From the human T2T-CHM13v2.0 reference genome, Homo sapiens, in the NCBI RefSeq assembly GCF_009914755.1, contig NC_060925.1: a DNA stretch of 64,000 nt. One strand, written 5' to 3'. Shown piece by piece: positions 12,964 through 24,075 of this stretch. Position 1 is the first letter of the stretch. Each line of letters starts with the position of its first letter. The notes beneath the pieces were generated by a model. That model made no database searches. It worked only from the letters and a program-made list of their open reading frames with translations, and was not told the DNA's origin. The position numbers and the translations under genes are program-made.

Positions 12964-15900
12964 AGCAGACTGGTTGAACAAATGGTAAAAATCACTGTTT
13001 ATCTCCTCTGTGAAGTTTTGATTAGTGGGAAAAAGGATTTGTGAGGCTAGTCTTCTTAAGCTGTAGCAAATCTAGTGTGCTGTGTGTCTTCATGTATTGT
13101 TCTGTCATAATGAGGAGTACCTCAGGATAAAATGAATGCCTAGGACCCCATAGACCTGCTGTTCAAGATGGCCAAGCAAACTGGTCAGTTATAAATTTTG
13201 CTGCAGGTCCCTAAAAAAACTGGATGAGGTTTCCTTCTTGTGTTGTATGTCCTTGGGAGCTTAACCTTGTAGCCTCATGGCTGTGCTTTCTCTTTTCACA
13301 ATGGCAGCCCAGGTTCAGGGTACAATTCCTGGCTTAGAAAATAAGTCCTTTATCTTCTATGTATTTATATGTGTTGTGTGTGTGATGTTTACATACGAAA
13401 GGCCTTTACTTAATTGGCTTAATAATAAATCAAATACTTCGTCAGAAAAGTAAAAAGTATAATGCCTTTTCTTTAGTTCATGTGACTTAAGTAATCTTTA
13501 GGAAATAAAGACAGTTTAAAAGATTATTGGTAAAATGAAAATTGTTTCAAAAATGTAAACATTTGTTCTAAATTATGCAGGTCAGATTAAGTTTGCTAAA
13601 TGCTTTAAGGTCATAAACTGCTTCCTTGATATTTGAAAATTGTTCAGCTTACCTACTTTGGAGCATTAGATCCTAGATAAGGCTGGGGGACATATGGAAT
13701 TAGCCCTACCCCCTAGCTATGTAAAGAAGGTTTTAAAGAGATTTTATATAAGAAAGGATCTTCTATGATAGATTCTTGTCCTAAAGTAAAATGACTGGTT
13801 GTTCATAAAAAAAAAAAAAAAAAAAAAAGGGGGGGGATGTTTAGGAGAAGTCAGAAAGTCCAAGCATGGTCTATGTAAGTTGTGAAAGAATTTATGACAG
13901 GGAAGTTATGCAAGAAATGTACGATTTAAAGATGATTAGGCCTCCTAAATGCTTCATAAAATGCCACTATAACTCTTACTGTACAACTTGCCTGCTTTAC
14001 AGCTAAGGCCTGGGACATGTGGAGTTAGACATTGGAAAGAGTTAGACCTTATCTGCATTTCTGTCTGGTTGTAAGCTCCATACCTAGTACATAATTAAAA
14101 TCCTGAACTTAGCAACTTTTACTTTTGGTGAAAACCTTAGTAAGAGTTAACAGTGTAACATGTGTTTGAGACTATTAAAAAAAAAAAGAAAAAAAGTTTT
14201 ACACACAAGGCACAAGGCATGTAAGGACAGTAGAATGTGCTTTTGGTAAAAGATAAGAAAGCATGGGAATTGGGAATGCGGATTTCTTGCCTAAGTGTAG
14301 AGATTTAAAGGATTAAGTTAAATAGAATAAAGCTGAAGGTTTAAGCAAGTTGTGGAAAGTTTCTAAAAAAAATTTTTGTAAAAGAAATTCTGCCCATAAC
14401 ATATTGGCTAAAGTTAAATGGACATTATTCAGTTTTTTTTCTAAAGTACACACTGGAATAAAAGTACAACAGGCTTTTCTTACAGCAAAAACCTGCTTAT
14501 GATCTGCTCTTTAACAAAAAATTGTAAAGGGTTATAAAGGTTTATAAGAATCTTACCTTATGGTCAAACTGATTAAGACTAAATATATTTGTCTATAGGG
14601 TTTAAGAATTGGGTTTATAACATTAATAGTGCACAAGTGCGGCAGTGACATTTGGCTTATTTGGCATAAAAATCATACATGGAGCATTGTCAAATATGAA
14701 ATGGTGTTTTTCTTTGGGCTGTATTTGTATAAATGTGTTATTGGTATGTGTTCCAAAATTATAAAAACTCTGATAGTTCTGATATGCCTCAGTATATGTC
14801 ATCAGTAATAATTATAATTGTTGTGTTAAATTATTGTGTGCCACAGAGGTAACTAAATTTCTTTGTCAATCGTGTTTTTGACTGTGGTTGTCCTAAGATG
14901 TTTTGTCATCCACAGACCATTTTTGTCTTGTTTTAATCCATTTTGAAAGGTGGTTTATAATCAGCTATAGGACTTGAACAGGTGTTCTTAAATATAGATT
15001 TCTGATAACTTTGGAGACTGTGACATCAGACTAGAGGAAGCCACTTTCAGAACTCTCAGAGAGAGCTGTAATGTTTATGAATATCAAACGGAAGTTAACT
15101 GCATGGACTAAACCAAAGAAGTCTAAAGTAATCTTTTTAACTTTGCTTAAAACGTTCCTGATCCTTTGTTTTGTTTTTCGGCGTTAAGAAAACTTTTAAG
15201 CTATTTACAGCTTGTAGCAATTAAGTATACTCCTGTAAACAAATTTTGGAGCATATTTGTTTCTCCCTACCCAATTTCACTAGAATTTGGGAACTATTTG
15301 TATTAACTTATAGCAATATAGTTATTTGCATAAGTGCAGTATTTTTTTTTTTTTTTTTTTGTAACAGGACACAATTGGAAAAACTGGGTATTTTACCAAG
15401 GCTTTGACTGGAAAACTTAAAGTTTTCCTTTAAGAAATCAAACTTGACTCGTAAAGCCAATAAAAGCCCCTTGGGAAATGCCTCATACCTTGTCTACACA
15501 GTCTGTGTATAAGGTTTCTGACCTGTAGTAAGTAAATAATGCCACTTTCTATCAGGCCCAGAAGCCCCAAGTTGTCTTGGAACCTCAAGAGGAGAAGAAT
15601 TTGCTCAACTCAGATATTTGAGGGTACAAACCCAAGGCTGGGCTCAGCTTTAAAAAAAAGTCTTATTTGAGATTCCTTATGGAACAGAGTTCCACACCAA
15701 AACCAATTTAAAAAGCTTACATGGCAAATAATTATTCTTGCTGCACTTTATACAAATAATTAGGCAAAGTACAATAAAGCAAATTGGTCTTACCATAATT
15801 TTTCTTTAGTATAAATGGAAAACTGGAGAAACATGTTTCAAGAACTATGGCACACTTATTATTAAATTCTAGTCTCAGTTGTTTTTTAAGTTTGTTTCTG

Positions 15901-16438
15901 CATTTTAGACTAGCCTTGCTTCTTCCTGTGAACTAACCATGATCTCTGACTGCTGCTTAGAAGAAACAAGAGAAATGGGTAATGTAAAAATCTGCATCAA
16001 TATTCTAATTCTGGACACACTGCAATCAGCTAGTGACCCCATTATCAGCTTGGTTCCCACAGTTGCCCAGTTCATGGAAAGCTTTCTAATTTAGTTTACT
16101 TGGAATAAGTTTACTTATTTTGCTTTACTGTTGTGGAATATATTGCTGTTGTATTGTACTCTTTGTGTAGCAATGCAGGATAAGCTTACTGTTTTCTTAA
16201 ACTGAACACTTATTATTCTTCCAGATATCAGCCTTTGCTGAAACTTGGAGTTATGAATGGCCCTCACCATACAGATGCTTTCTGACTGAGCTTCTCTCTA
16301 CCCTGAACACAAGAAACCCTCATAGTTCGGCAGGAATATCATCGCTCCTATTCAGCCTGAAGAAGTTACAGAAGATGAATCTTCATCCTTCTGCAATTCT
16401 TAGGATTAAGGGTTCTTTTATAAAAAGGGAGGGGGAAA
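12205..16438 (+). mobile_element. MER41 internal region (non-autonomous ERV1, MER4 group); 5' LTR reduced to its last ~20 bp (12185-12204)
   Basis: Preceded by an LTR terminus ...TCCTGTAACA. Leader contains GGGTAAGT donors. AT-rich non-coding body. Polypurine tract AAAAAGGGAGGGGGAAA directly before the 3' LTR. Confidence 0.85.
12922..12964. repeat. (CT)n microsatellite
   Basis: Seen directly. Confidence 0.95.
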
Positions 16439-16961
16439 TGTCAGAAGCGTGTGAACAGAGCAACTCCGTCTTGAATAGGGGCTAGGTAAAATGAGGCTGA
16501 GATCTGCTAGGCTGCATTCCCAAATGGCTAAAACCTTCTAAGTCACAGGATAAGATAGGAGGTCAGCACAAGATACAGGTCATAAAGACCTTGCTGATAA
16601 AACAGGTTGCAGTAAAGAAGCCGCTAAAACCCAACAAAACCAAGATGGTGATGATAGTTTTGCTACACTCCCACCAGTGCCATGACAGTTTACAAGTGCC
16701 ATGGCAACATCAGGAAGTTACTCTATATGGTCTAAAAAGGGGAGGCATGAATAATTCCCCCCTTGTTTAGCATAGCATCAAGAAATAACCATAAAAATGG
16801 GCAACCAGCAGCTCTGTCTATGGAGTAGCCATTCTTTTATTCCTCTACCTTCTTAATAAACTTGCTTTCCCTTTACTCTATGGACTCGCCCTGAATTCTT
16901 TCTTATGTGAGATCCAAGAACCCTCTTTTGGGAACTGGATCGAGACCCCTTTCCTGTAATA
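16439..16961 (+). mobile_element. MER41A 3' LTR
   Basis: TGTCAGAAGCGTGTGAACAGAGCAACTCC...AATAAA...CCCCTTTCCTGTAATA. GGGGAGGCATGAATAA junction lacks the tandem GAS segment of MER41B. Confidence 0.9.
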
Positions 16962-16974
16962 CTCATAGTAGCAT

Positions 16975-17095
16975 CCTATGGGTATTACTAACCATTCTAC
17001 CACTGAGAAAGCTAAGACTCTGGCAGTTACATTTACCTAGGTGACACCGCTAGTAAGTGGTGAGCTAAGACTGAAACTCAGGTTTGCCTGACTTG
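16975..17095 (-). mobile_element. MIR fragment
   Basis: GGTGACACCGCTAGTAAGTGGTGAGCTAAGACTGAAACTCAGG resembles MIR in reverse. Confidence 0.6.
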
Positions 17096-18129
17096 CCCAC
17101 ATCATGCTTCTTTCCATGTCAATAGATGCTTACATTGCAAACGTGCATTCCCTCCTTGCCAACAAATTATGCAGCTATTTATCAAAGAAAATGCAGTCAA
17201 GAATGTGAAAGAAATCACTGAGTTTGCTTTTAAAACACTCCATGTATTTCCATTAAGTCATTTGCTGCTAAAGGATCCTTGCAGTGGTCAAAGTCAGAGA
17301 ACATTGGGTCTGTTTCCATTTCTCTGGATGCTTCAACAGAAACTAATGATTTCAAACATCTTTGACCAGTAAGCTCATCAAGGACGACTTTGAAGCTCAT
17401 TGCCTCTAGGTATTCTGTTGCAAGGAAGAATGGTGTCCCCAGTAAGAATCCTACTGGAAACCTAGACTGGGTTTGTTCTGTAATAACTTGTTGTTTGACA
17501 CAGCGGATGTTGCGGAGCCCAGAGAAGATGAAAATCCTTGGGATTTGGGTGTGTTCAGAAAAACATTTGCAGCAGAGCGTAGTAAAGAAACCAAATCTGG
17601 CTGAGTGAGATTGTCTCAGCTTATGTCATTGGGTTGGGTCCGACCATGGGCCGACGCCTGTCACTGGCTCACCAGTGTTTTGGGTTTCCAATCCCTGAAT
17701 GCCTCAAGACAGTAAAAATTCTGTGGAAAAAAATAGAAACTCTCTTGGTGCTTCACTGTACAAAGAACAAAAGAGGAACATTAAGAAGGGCCAGAAATTA
17801 ATGTCTCCTCCAAAGAAAACCAAAATATGCCTCAACATTCAGAATGTATTACCTCACTATAGCCTTACAAAACAAACATTAAGCTACATGGGGCAATGAG
17901 GGGATGGAAAACAAGGTGGATGTACTTCTCTAAAGAGGGACATAATTATCCTTATTAAATAATTGCTACCTGGTTGTTTCCATACAGCTAAAGAAAATTT
18001 ATACATGACCAACAGGACTCTTCCCCCATAGAGGAATAAAGAACGATTAAAACCTCTCTAATCGGCATTTCAACATTCTCTTTTTATAGCTTTTCAAACA
18101 ATGTCTAAGACAAAATCTTAGAAACTTGA

Positions 18130-18355
18130 CACAGAGAATGAAAATGTCTTGGGTTTAGGACAAACCAGCATCTAAATTCTGACTCTGACATTAAGCTGTT
18201 GCCCCTTGGACAGACAAGCTCATCTCTCTGCTCCTCGGTTTCTGCTCGTGTAAAATAGTGAATAGGATACCTGCTGTGAGGATTTTTATGAAGGAGTAAA
18301 AAAATAATTAGGTAAAATTGTCAGGCACAGATCCAAGAACATAATAGGTACTGTG
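18130..18355 (+). mobile_element. MIR fragment
   Basis: CCTTGGACAG...CTCTCTGCTCCTCGGTTTCTGCTCGTGTAAAAT core. Confidence 0.65.
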
Positions 18356-19078
18356 CCAGATAATTTCTAAAAACTTTTATATGCTCATAATCAATTGAAA
18401 AGTAAAAGCAAGTAATCATGTTTTTCTTTTTCTGACACCATTAATTTGATGTATTTTCAGCCAACTGGAGAAATTGTCCAGTTGTTTGAAATGATGAGAT
18501 TCAGCAGTTGCTTTGGCATCATTCTGACTCAGTCTTTTACTTTGTCTACATTCTTCCTTGATGCTTCTTCTTTAAAGGTTAAGTAAAACTAAGATAATTA
18601 TTCTTCAAAATCAACTCAGCCTTTTAATCACTCTGTCCACAGTTTTCCTCAATGCTGCTGCTTTAGAGGTTAATTAAAAATAAGAATTATTCTTCAAAAT
18701 TCCTTCTAGACACATTTCTGTACTTTTTAACACCCATGGCTTTGGCCACATCCTAGAGGGAGCTTCTGGACATCTTTAAAGTAAGGTGCTGTTTAACAAC
18801 CCCATCTTCCATCCCATCCCCTTTGTTGCCAAGTTATAACTCAAGACAGTCTCGTACCCTGGTATAGCTGTATTTCCTCACAGCCTTGACAGGATTGAAG
18901 TATGTTACTGCAGAGCTAGTATACCAGCTACTTTACAGAATCCTGTTTTCAGCCTCGCAGAAAAAAAAAGAACTGATGAAAAGTCTCAGAAAACTGAGAG
19001 TGACATATCACACAGGATAGCAAAAGTTAGCTCGTTACAGATTTCACATCCATGAGTCTAATATTTTTGGAAAGCTGC

Positions 19079-19539
19079 TGTGGTAGGCAGAGCAATGGCC
19101 CTGCAAAGATGCTCATGTCCTAATCCCTGGAACCTGTGAATATGTTCTTTATGTGGCAAAAGGAACTTTGCAGAGGTGATTAAGGATCATGAGATTGAGA
19201 GATTACCCTGGGTGATTCAGGTGGGTTCACTGTAATCACAAGGTTCTTATGAGGGAGATGGGTCAGAAGCAGGAACTGGAAGATGAAATATTGGTGGCTT
19301 AGAAGATAGAGGGGCTGTGAGCAAAGGAATGCAGAGGGCTTCTAGAAGCTGGAAAAGACAAGGGACAGATGCTCCCCTAGAGCCTTCAGAAGGTGTGCAC
19401 ACCTGGTAACACCTTGATTTTACCCAGGTGAAACCCATTTCAGACTTCTTACCTCCAGAACTGTAATACAATAAATTTGTATTGTTTTAAGGCACTAAGT
19501 TTGTGGTAATTTGTTGCAGCACCAAAGGAAACTAATGCA
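19079..19539 (+). mobile_element. MLT1D-like MaLR solo LTR
   Basis: TGTGGTAGGCAGA start, CTAGAAGCTGGAAAAG motif, AATAAA, ...GGAAACTAATGCA end. Confidence 0.85.
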
Positions 19540-19595
19540 GCCACTAAATTTTATATTTTCAGCTTAATATTTGTTTTGAAGTAATGATGTCTATA

Positions 19596-20085
19596 TAGGG
19601 TTGCCAAACATAAAAAATAGAAATGTCAGGCACTCAGTTCAAATTTCAGATAAGCAGCCTGGGTGTGGTGGCTCATGTCTGTAATCCCAGCACTTTGGGA
19701 GGCCAAGGCAGGAGAATTGCTTAAGGCCAGGAGTTTGAGACCAGCCTGTGTAATACAGTGAGACCCTACCTCTACAAAAAATAAAAATTAGCTGGGCATA
19801 GTGGCACATGCCTGTACTCCCAGCTACTCAAGAGGCTGAGGCAGGAGAATGGTTTGAGCCCAGAAGGTTGGGTCATGATCAGGCCACTGCACTCTATCTT
19901 AGGTTATAGAGTGAGACTCTGTCTCTAAAAAGTAAAAGAAACAAATAAATAGAATAAATAAATTTGAGATAAGTAAGAAATATTTACTATGGACCAGGCA
20001 ATATTTGCAACATACTAAAAATGTAATCATTATTAAACCTATAGTTCATTTAACTGAGCATCCTGTATTTTATCTTGCAACTTCA
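19596..20085. mobile_element. MER53 palindromic MITE interrupted by an Alu
   Basis: TAGGGTTGCCA left terminus and AACTGAGCATCCTGTATTTTATCTTGCAAC right arm. Confidence 0.75.
19657..19959 (+). mobile_element. AluJ
   Basis: Dimeric Alu with J-type features. TSD AAATTTCAGATAAGCA / AAATTTGAGATAAGTA (19641-19656, 19960-19975). Confidence 0.9.
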
Positions 20086-20609
20086 GGTCTGTAAATCAAC
20101 CATCTTCTGGGGAAAGAATACTTTTCTGTCTTAAGCCTACTTTTTTCAAGTTTTGAGATTTCAATTCACCTAGAACTATCATGTGAATATTTAAAAAGCC
20201 AAACTTCATCTTACCTAGTTACTATAGGCTTGGGTTGTATGTTTTTTCCATGTTTTAATAATAAATTTCCAATTATATCCACATGGAAAACACCTGGTGC
20301 CTAACACCTGATCCTTTGATCATGGCCTATCTCTTGGCCTTCCAGGAAAACACTTTCTGGTGTGAAGTGTACATGGGAGAGGGAAACTAGAACTGAAATG
20401 CGTGGAGAACAGACTGGTTTTGTAACTTACAAGAATATAGTGTGCTCTCTGTGTTTTCATTACAAGGCATGTCTCTATTTGGATGTCTCAAACCTCAAAC
20501 AGATTCAAAATTTAGCTTATCATCTGTTTCCTACCTTTCCCATATCTACCTCCTTTTCTCCCTATTTTAGGGAATGACATCGCCATCTACCAATTTACCC
20601 AAGCTGTTC

Positions 20610-20845
20610 TGCCTTCCCTATCTTGCCTTACTCCTGCCTTTAGCCATGAGAAGAACATGCTACTGGTCCAAGAATGATGAGATACACAAACAGCAGATCC
20701 ATATCCAACCTGTAGCACAGAGCCAAGCCCAGCCTGGATCAGACAACCCCTTTCAGCCTACCTGTCAACGTGGAATAGAGAAAAGTCAGTGTGACATGCC
20801 ACTGACATTTTGTGGTTGTTTGCTGGGAAGCAGAAGCTAAAACAT
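20610..20845 (+). mobile_element. Old MLT1 (MLT1I-like) LTR fragment, preceded by an L2 fragment (about 20460-20605)
   Basis: GCCATGAGAAGAACATGC...GCCACTGACATTTTGTGGTTGTTTG MaLR 3' motif. Confidence 0.55.
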
Positions 20846-21129
20846 TCTCTAAATCAGATTTAATCTTCCTTCCCTCTGAGTCAGGAAAAGTCAAACTGAG
20901 TCATTATTGCTATTACCTTTGCAAAGCTCTTAGGAGTTTTATATGTCATGTCCAGAGCATTAGGGAAGTCCCTTTGGTGATCAGTCTACATATGTCACTG
21001 CTGGTAAATAATTTTTCATGAAAGCATGGTCCCCAATGGCAGATGACTTCACTGCTCCAATGCCAAATTTGTATACTAGAATCTTTTTTAAGGTTGAAAG
21101 CCTGACTCCCAGGGTCTGGCTTCCCTAGG

Positions 21130-21489
21130 AACAGCAGAGATAGGCTAGCTATTCTCTAATCCCATTCCTCTTCTTCCTGGACACAAAGACTATTCTCCAC
21201 AGCCTCTGTTAGAGTTACATGTAACCATATGTATTAGGGTTCTCCAGAGAAACAGACCAATAGAAGACTATGCCTAAGGAGATTTATTGTAAGGAATTGA
21301 CTCACATAATTATGAAGACTGGTAGGCCAACAAACTGCTGTAGAACCAGGAAGAGTCAACATCCCAGGTCAAAAACCACAAGTCTGGGAGAGCCAATGTT
21401 TCAGTTCAAAGGCTGGCAGGCAGGAGAATTCTCTCTCAGTAAGGGGAGGGTCAGTCATTCATTCTATTCAGGCCTTCAGCTGACTGAAA

Positions 21490-21526
<37 letters not shown>

Positions 21527-21982
21527 CATGGAGGACAATCTGCTTTACTAAGTCTACCCACTTAAATGTTAATCTCATCCAAACCATCTTCATAGAAACA
21601 TCCAGAATGATGTTTGACCAGATACCTAGGCATCCTGTGGCCCAGTCAAGTTGACACATAAAATTAATCATCATACCATATAACTGAATTCCAGCCAATG
21701 CAATGTAGGTAAAAGTGAGACATAGCAGTTTCAGGCTTGGCTGGTAGAAATCCCCATATGACCCTCCATGCTCTTAACCCACCTACTGGCTGGATGCAGG
21801 TGGGTATGCTGCTTTGTTAGGTATGTGTTGAAGACACTACATCCATGGGATGGAAAGAGCCTAGAGCCCCCAAATCACCACTCTCTGGACATCTTAGATG
21901 CTAAGAACAAACTCCTATGATGATGTTCGACTCATTTTACATTAAGCGTTTGTTACAGCAGCTAGCATTATCTTAACTAACA
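21130..21982 (+). mobile_element. MLT1J-like LTR split by an MLT2 insertion
   Basis: CCCATTCCTCTTCTTCCTGG...[insertion]...GCCAATGCAATGTAGG...GTTTGTTACAGCAGCTAGCATTA. Confidence 0.65.
21230..21675 (-). mobile_element. MLT2 (ERVL) solo LTR containing a (CA)n tract at about 21491-21524
   Basis: TGTATTAGGGTTCTCCAGAGAAACAG...CAAGTTGACACATAAAATTAATCATCATA. 5-bp TSD CCATA (21225-21229, 21676-21680). Confidence 0.9.
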
Positions 21983-22399
21983 TGCCAGGAATCATGACTT
22001 CATCTTTTAATTTTTCTCTCGCTGCACCATCTTGAGTTTTTCCACATTAATTCTGTTTTCTACTTTTTGTTTAATTACATGCCTGAGGTATATTCCTGTA
22101 GTATCTCTCCTTTATCTCAGTAGTTCCCAATCCAGAAAAAAAAATGCTTTAGCTGAAAATCCATAAATTTCACTCTGTACTTACTGTTGGTGTAATGTGT
22201 ACAATTTCATATACGCCCTGATACTAAGCCACCCAGTCTTACTCTATGTAGCATTCACACATGATCTTGTTTATCTTTATTGTTTTTGCTTCCTTGCAAA
22301 TATTGTGGAATTTTGTGGAACCTCAACAATATTTTCTATCTATTGGTATATGTTTATGGAAATCCAAAGGATGCACTACCCTTCTAAAAATAAACACCT

Positions 22400-22598
22400 G
22401 TTTTTTAATTTAAATTTTAGATTTAAGGGGTACATTGTTATAAGGATATACTGCATGATGCTGAGCTTTGGGCCTCTATTGATCCCATCACCAAGATAGT
22501 AAACATAGTACCCAATAGGAAGTTTTTCAGCCCATGCTCCACCTCTCTTGTTTTGGAATCCTCAGTGTCTATTGTTTCTATCTTTATGTCCATGTATA
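22400..22598 (-). mobile_element. Short 3' end of an older L1PA (PA15/16-like)
   Basis: T-rich tail, then GGGGTACATTG...GATGCTGAGCTTTGGG...AGTACCCAATAGG. Confidence 0.7.
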
Positions 22599-23579
22599 TA
22601 AACATTTATTTTTAACAATACACTTAGTCACTTTTTATAAAACAGCATTGAATGGGTTATAAGAACAATTGTTTCCAGCCCCACTTTCCTCATCCCTTGG
22701 TTCATCTCCCCTTCAAACTACTTTTAACTTTTTCTAAGTTTTATAGTAATTATCTCAAATAAACATGCCTACACTTCTATTCCCTGATTTATCAGTTTTA
22801 GACACTATCTGTATTTCTGTTATAAGGATATGACCTTTTTGTTTTTTACATCAGGCCCAAACTCCTTTTGCCATGTATCCAATGTAATTTTATCATTTGT
22901 GTTTATGTTGTTATTTTACTTATACGTCGTTCACCTAAAAGCCAAGAAGTTTATTATGATTACACATACTTTCTTATAGAGCCTTTTTTGAGAAGGCCTT
23001 TTGTGTCTTGTAATATGTTCCTGATAATAATGCTCAATTTTCTCAAATGTTTCATCATATCAGGTATTCGAACCTGCTCCTTTTCTGAAAAATAACTCTC
23101 AGGAGCACTCCATTTTCCTGCTCTTGTCTGGGTTGAAAGGCTGATGCCTACCCAACTGCTACAAACTTCAGCACACATCCCTGGAACAGGCTCTCTGACC
23201 TTCCTGATGTGGTAACCTTGGCAAGCAGATAGCACAGTTAAGCGGAATGTCTTCTCTGCCAAGCAGTGGGTAAGAACAACCCCATTCCACATCTTCCTGA
23301 TGAAGACTGAGTACTCCCTGATTTTTAAGAAATAGTTCCTGTTGGGAAAGACTCAGTGGAAGAAATAAACTGCTAAATGGCTATAAAAATAATTCCTAAG
23401 AATGTGCAAGCAATTTTGAAAGGAATGATCAGAGAACAAAAATCTTTGGGGAAAATATTAGATTGCATGTTACCAAATCACTGTTTGCCATCTATTTCTG
23501 TATATTCAACACAATCTATATATGTTGATATACCAAAGACTACTCACTGATCATTAAATAAGGCCTTTCTGAAAAGAAG

Positions 23580-24075
23580 ACTGCCATTCCTAGTCACTCT
23601 TGTAGCTAAGCGTTTCCATGTGTCTGACTCTAGCCAATTGAATAAGGGAAGAAGTGATATATGCCACTTCCAGCACTGGCCAGAAAAGCTTCCATGATAT
23701 CTTCCATGTTCTTTTCTGTTTCTAGCTGGATGGGAATGAATACAGCCCTCAGGGGAGCCTTGGAAGTCAAGTGATAAAGTGGTTGAAGTCATAAGATGGG
23801 AAAAAGCCAAGTACCTGGGTCCCAGTTTCAAAAAATGTTGTTTGACCAGTAGGATGACCAAGTTGTCCTGGTTTACCCAGAACTTCTCCAGTCTTAACAC
23901 TGAAAATCTTGTATTCCAGGATACCCCTCCATTCTGGGCAACCCAGGATGGTTGGTTACTTCATCTACCAGGAATTGCAATAGTGTGTTCATAAGCTAGA
24001 AATAAGTTTTATTATAAGCCACTGAGATTTGGGGACTCATTTGTTACAGCAGCTAGTGTTCCTTTGACTAGTACC
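23580..24075 (+). mobile_element. Old MLT1 (J/L-like) LTR containing a MITE
   Basis: TAGCCAATTGAATAAGGGAAGAAGTG... and AAGCCACTGAGATTTGGGG...TTTGTTACAGCAGCTAG MaLR end. Confidence 0.6.
23850..23962. mobile_element. MER94-like hAT (Blackjack) MITE
   Basis: Degenerate terminal inverted repeats TAGGATGACCAA / TTGGTTACTTCA with TCCTGGTTT / AACCCAGGA subterminal repeats. Confidence 0.7.

Noticed and set aside
16439-16961. MER41 as an interferon-gamma/STAT1 enhancer
   Set aside because: The LTR is of the MER41A type and lacks the tandem TTCnnnGAA segment found in MER41B.
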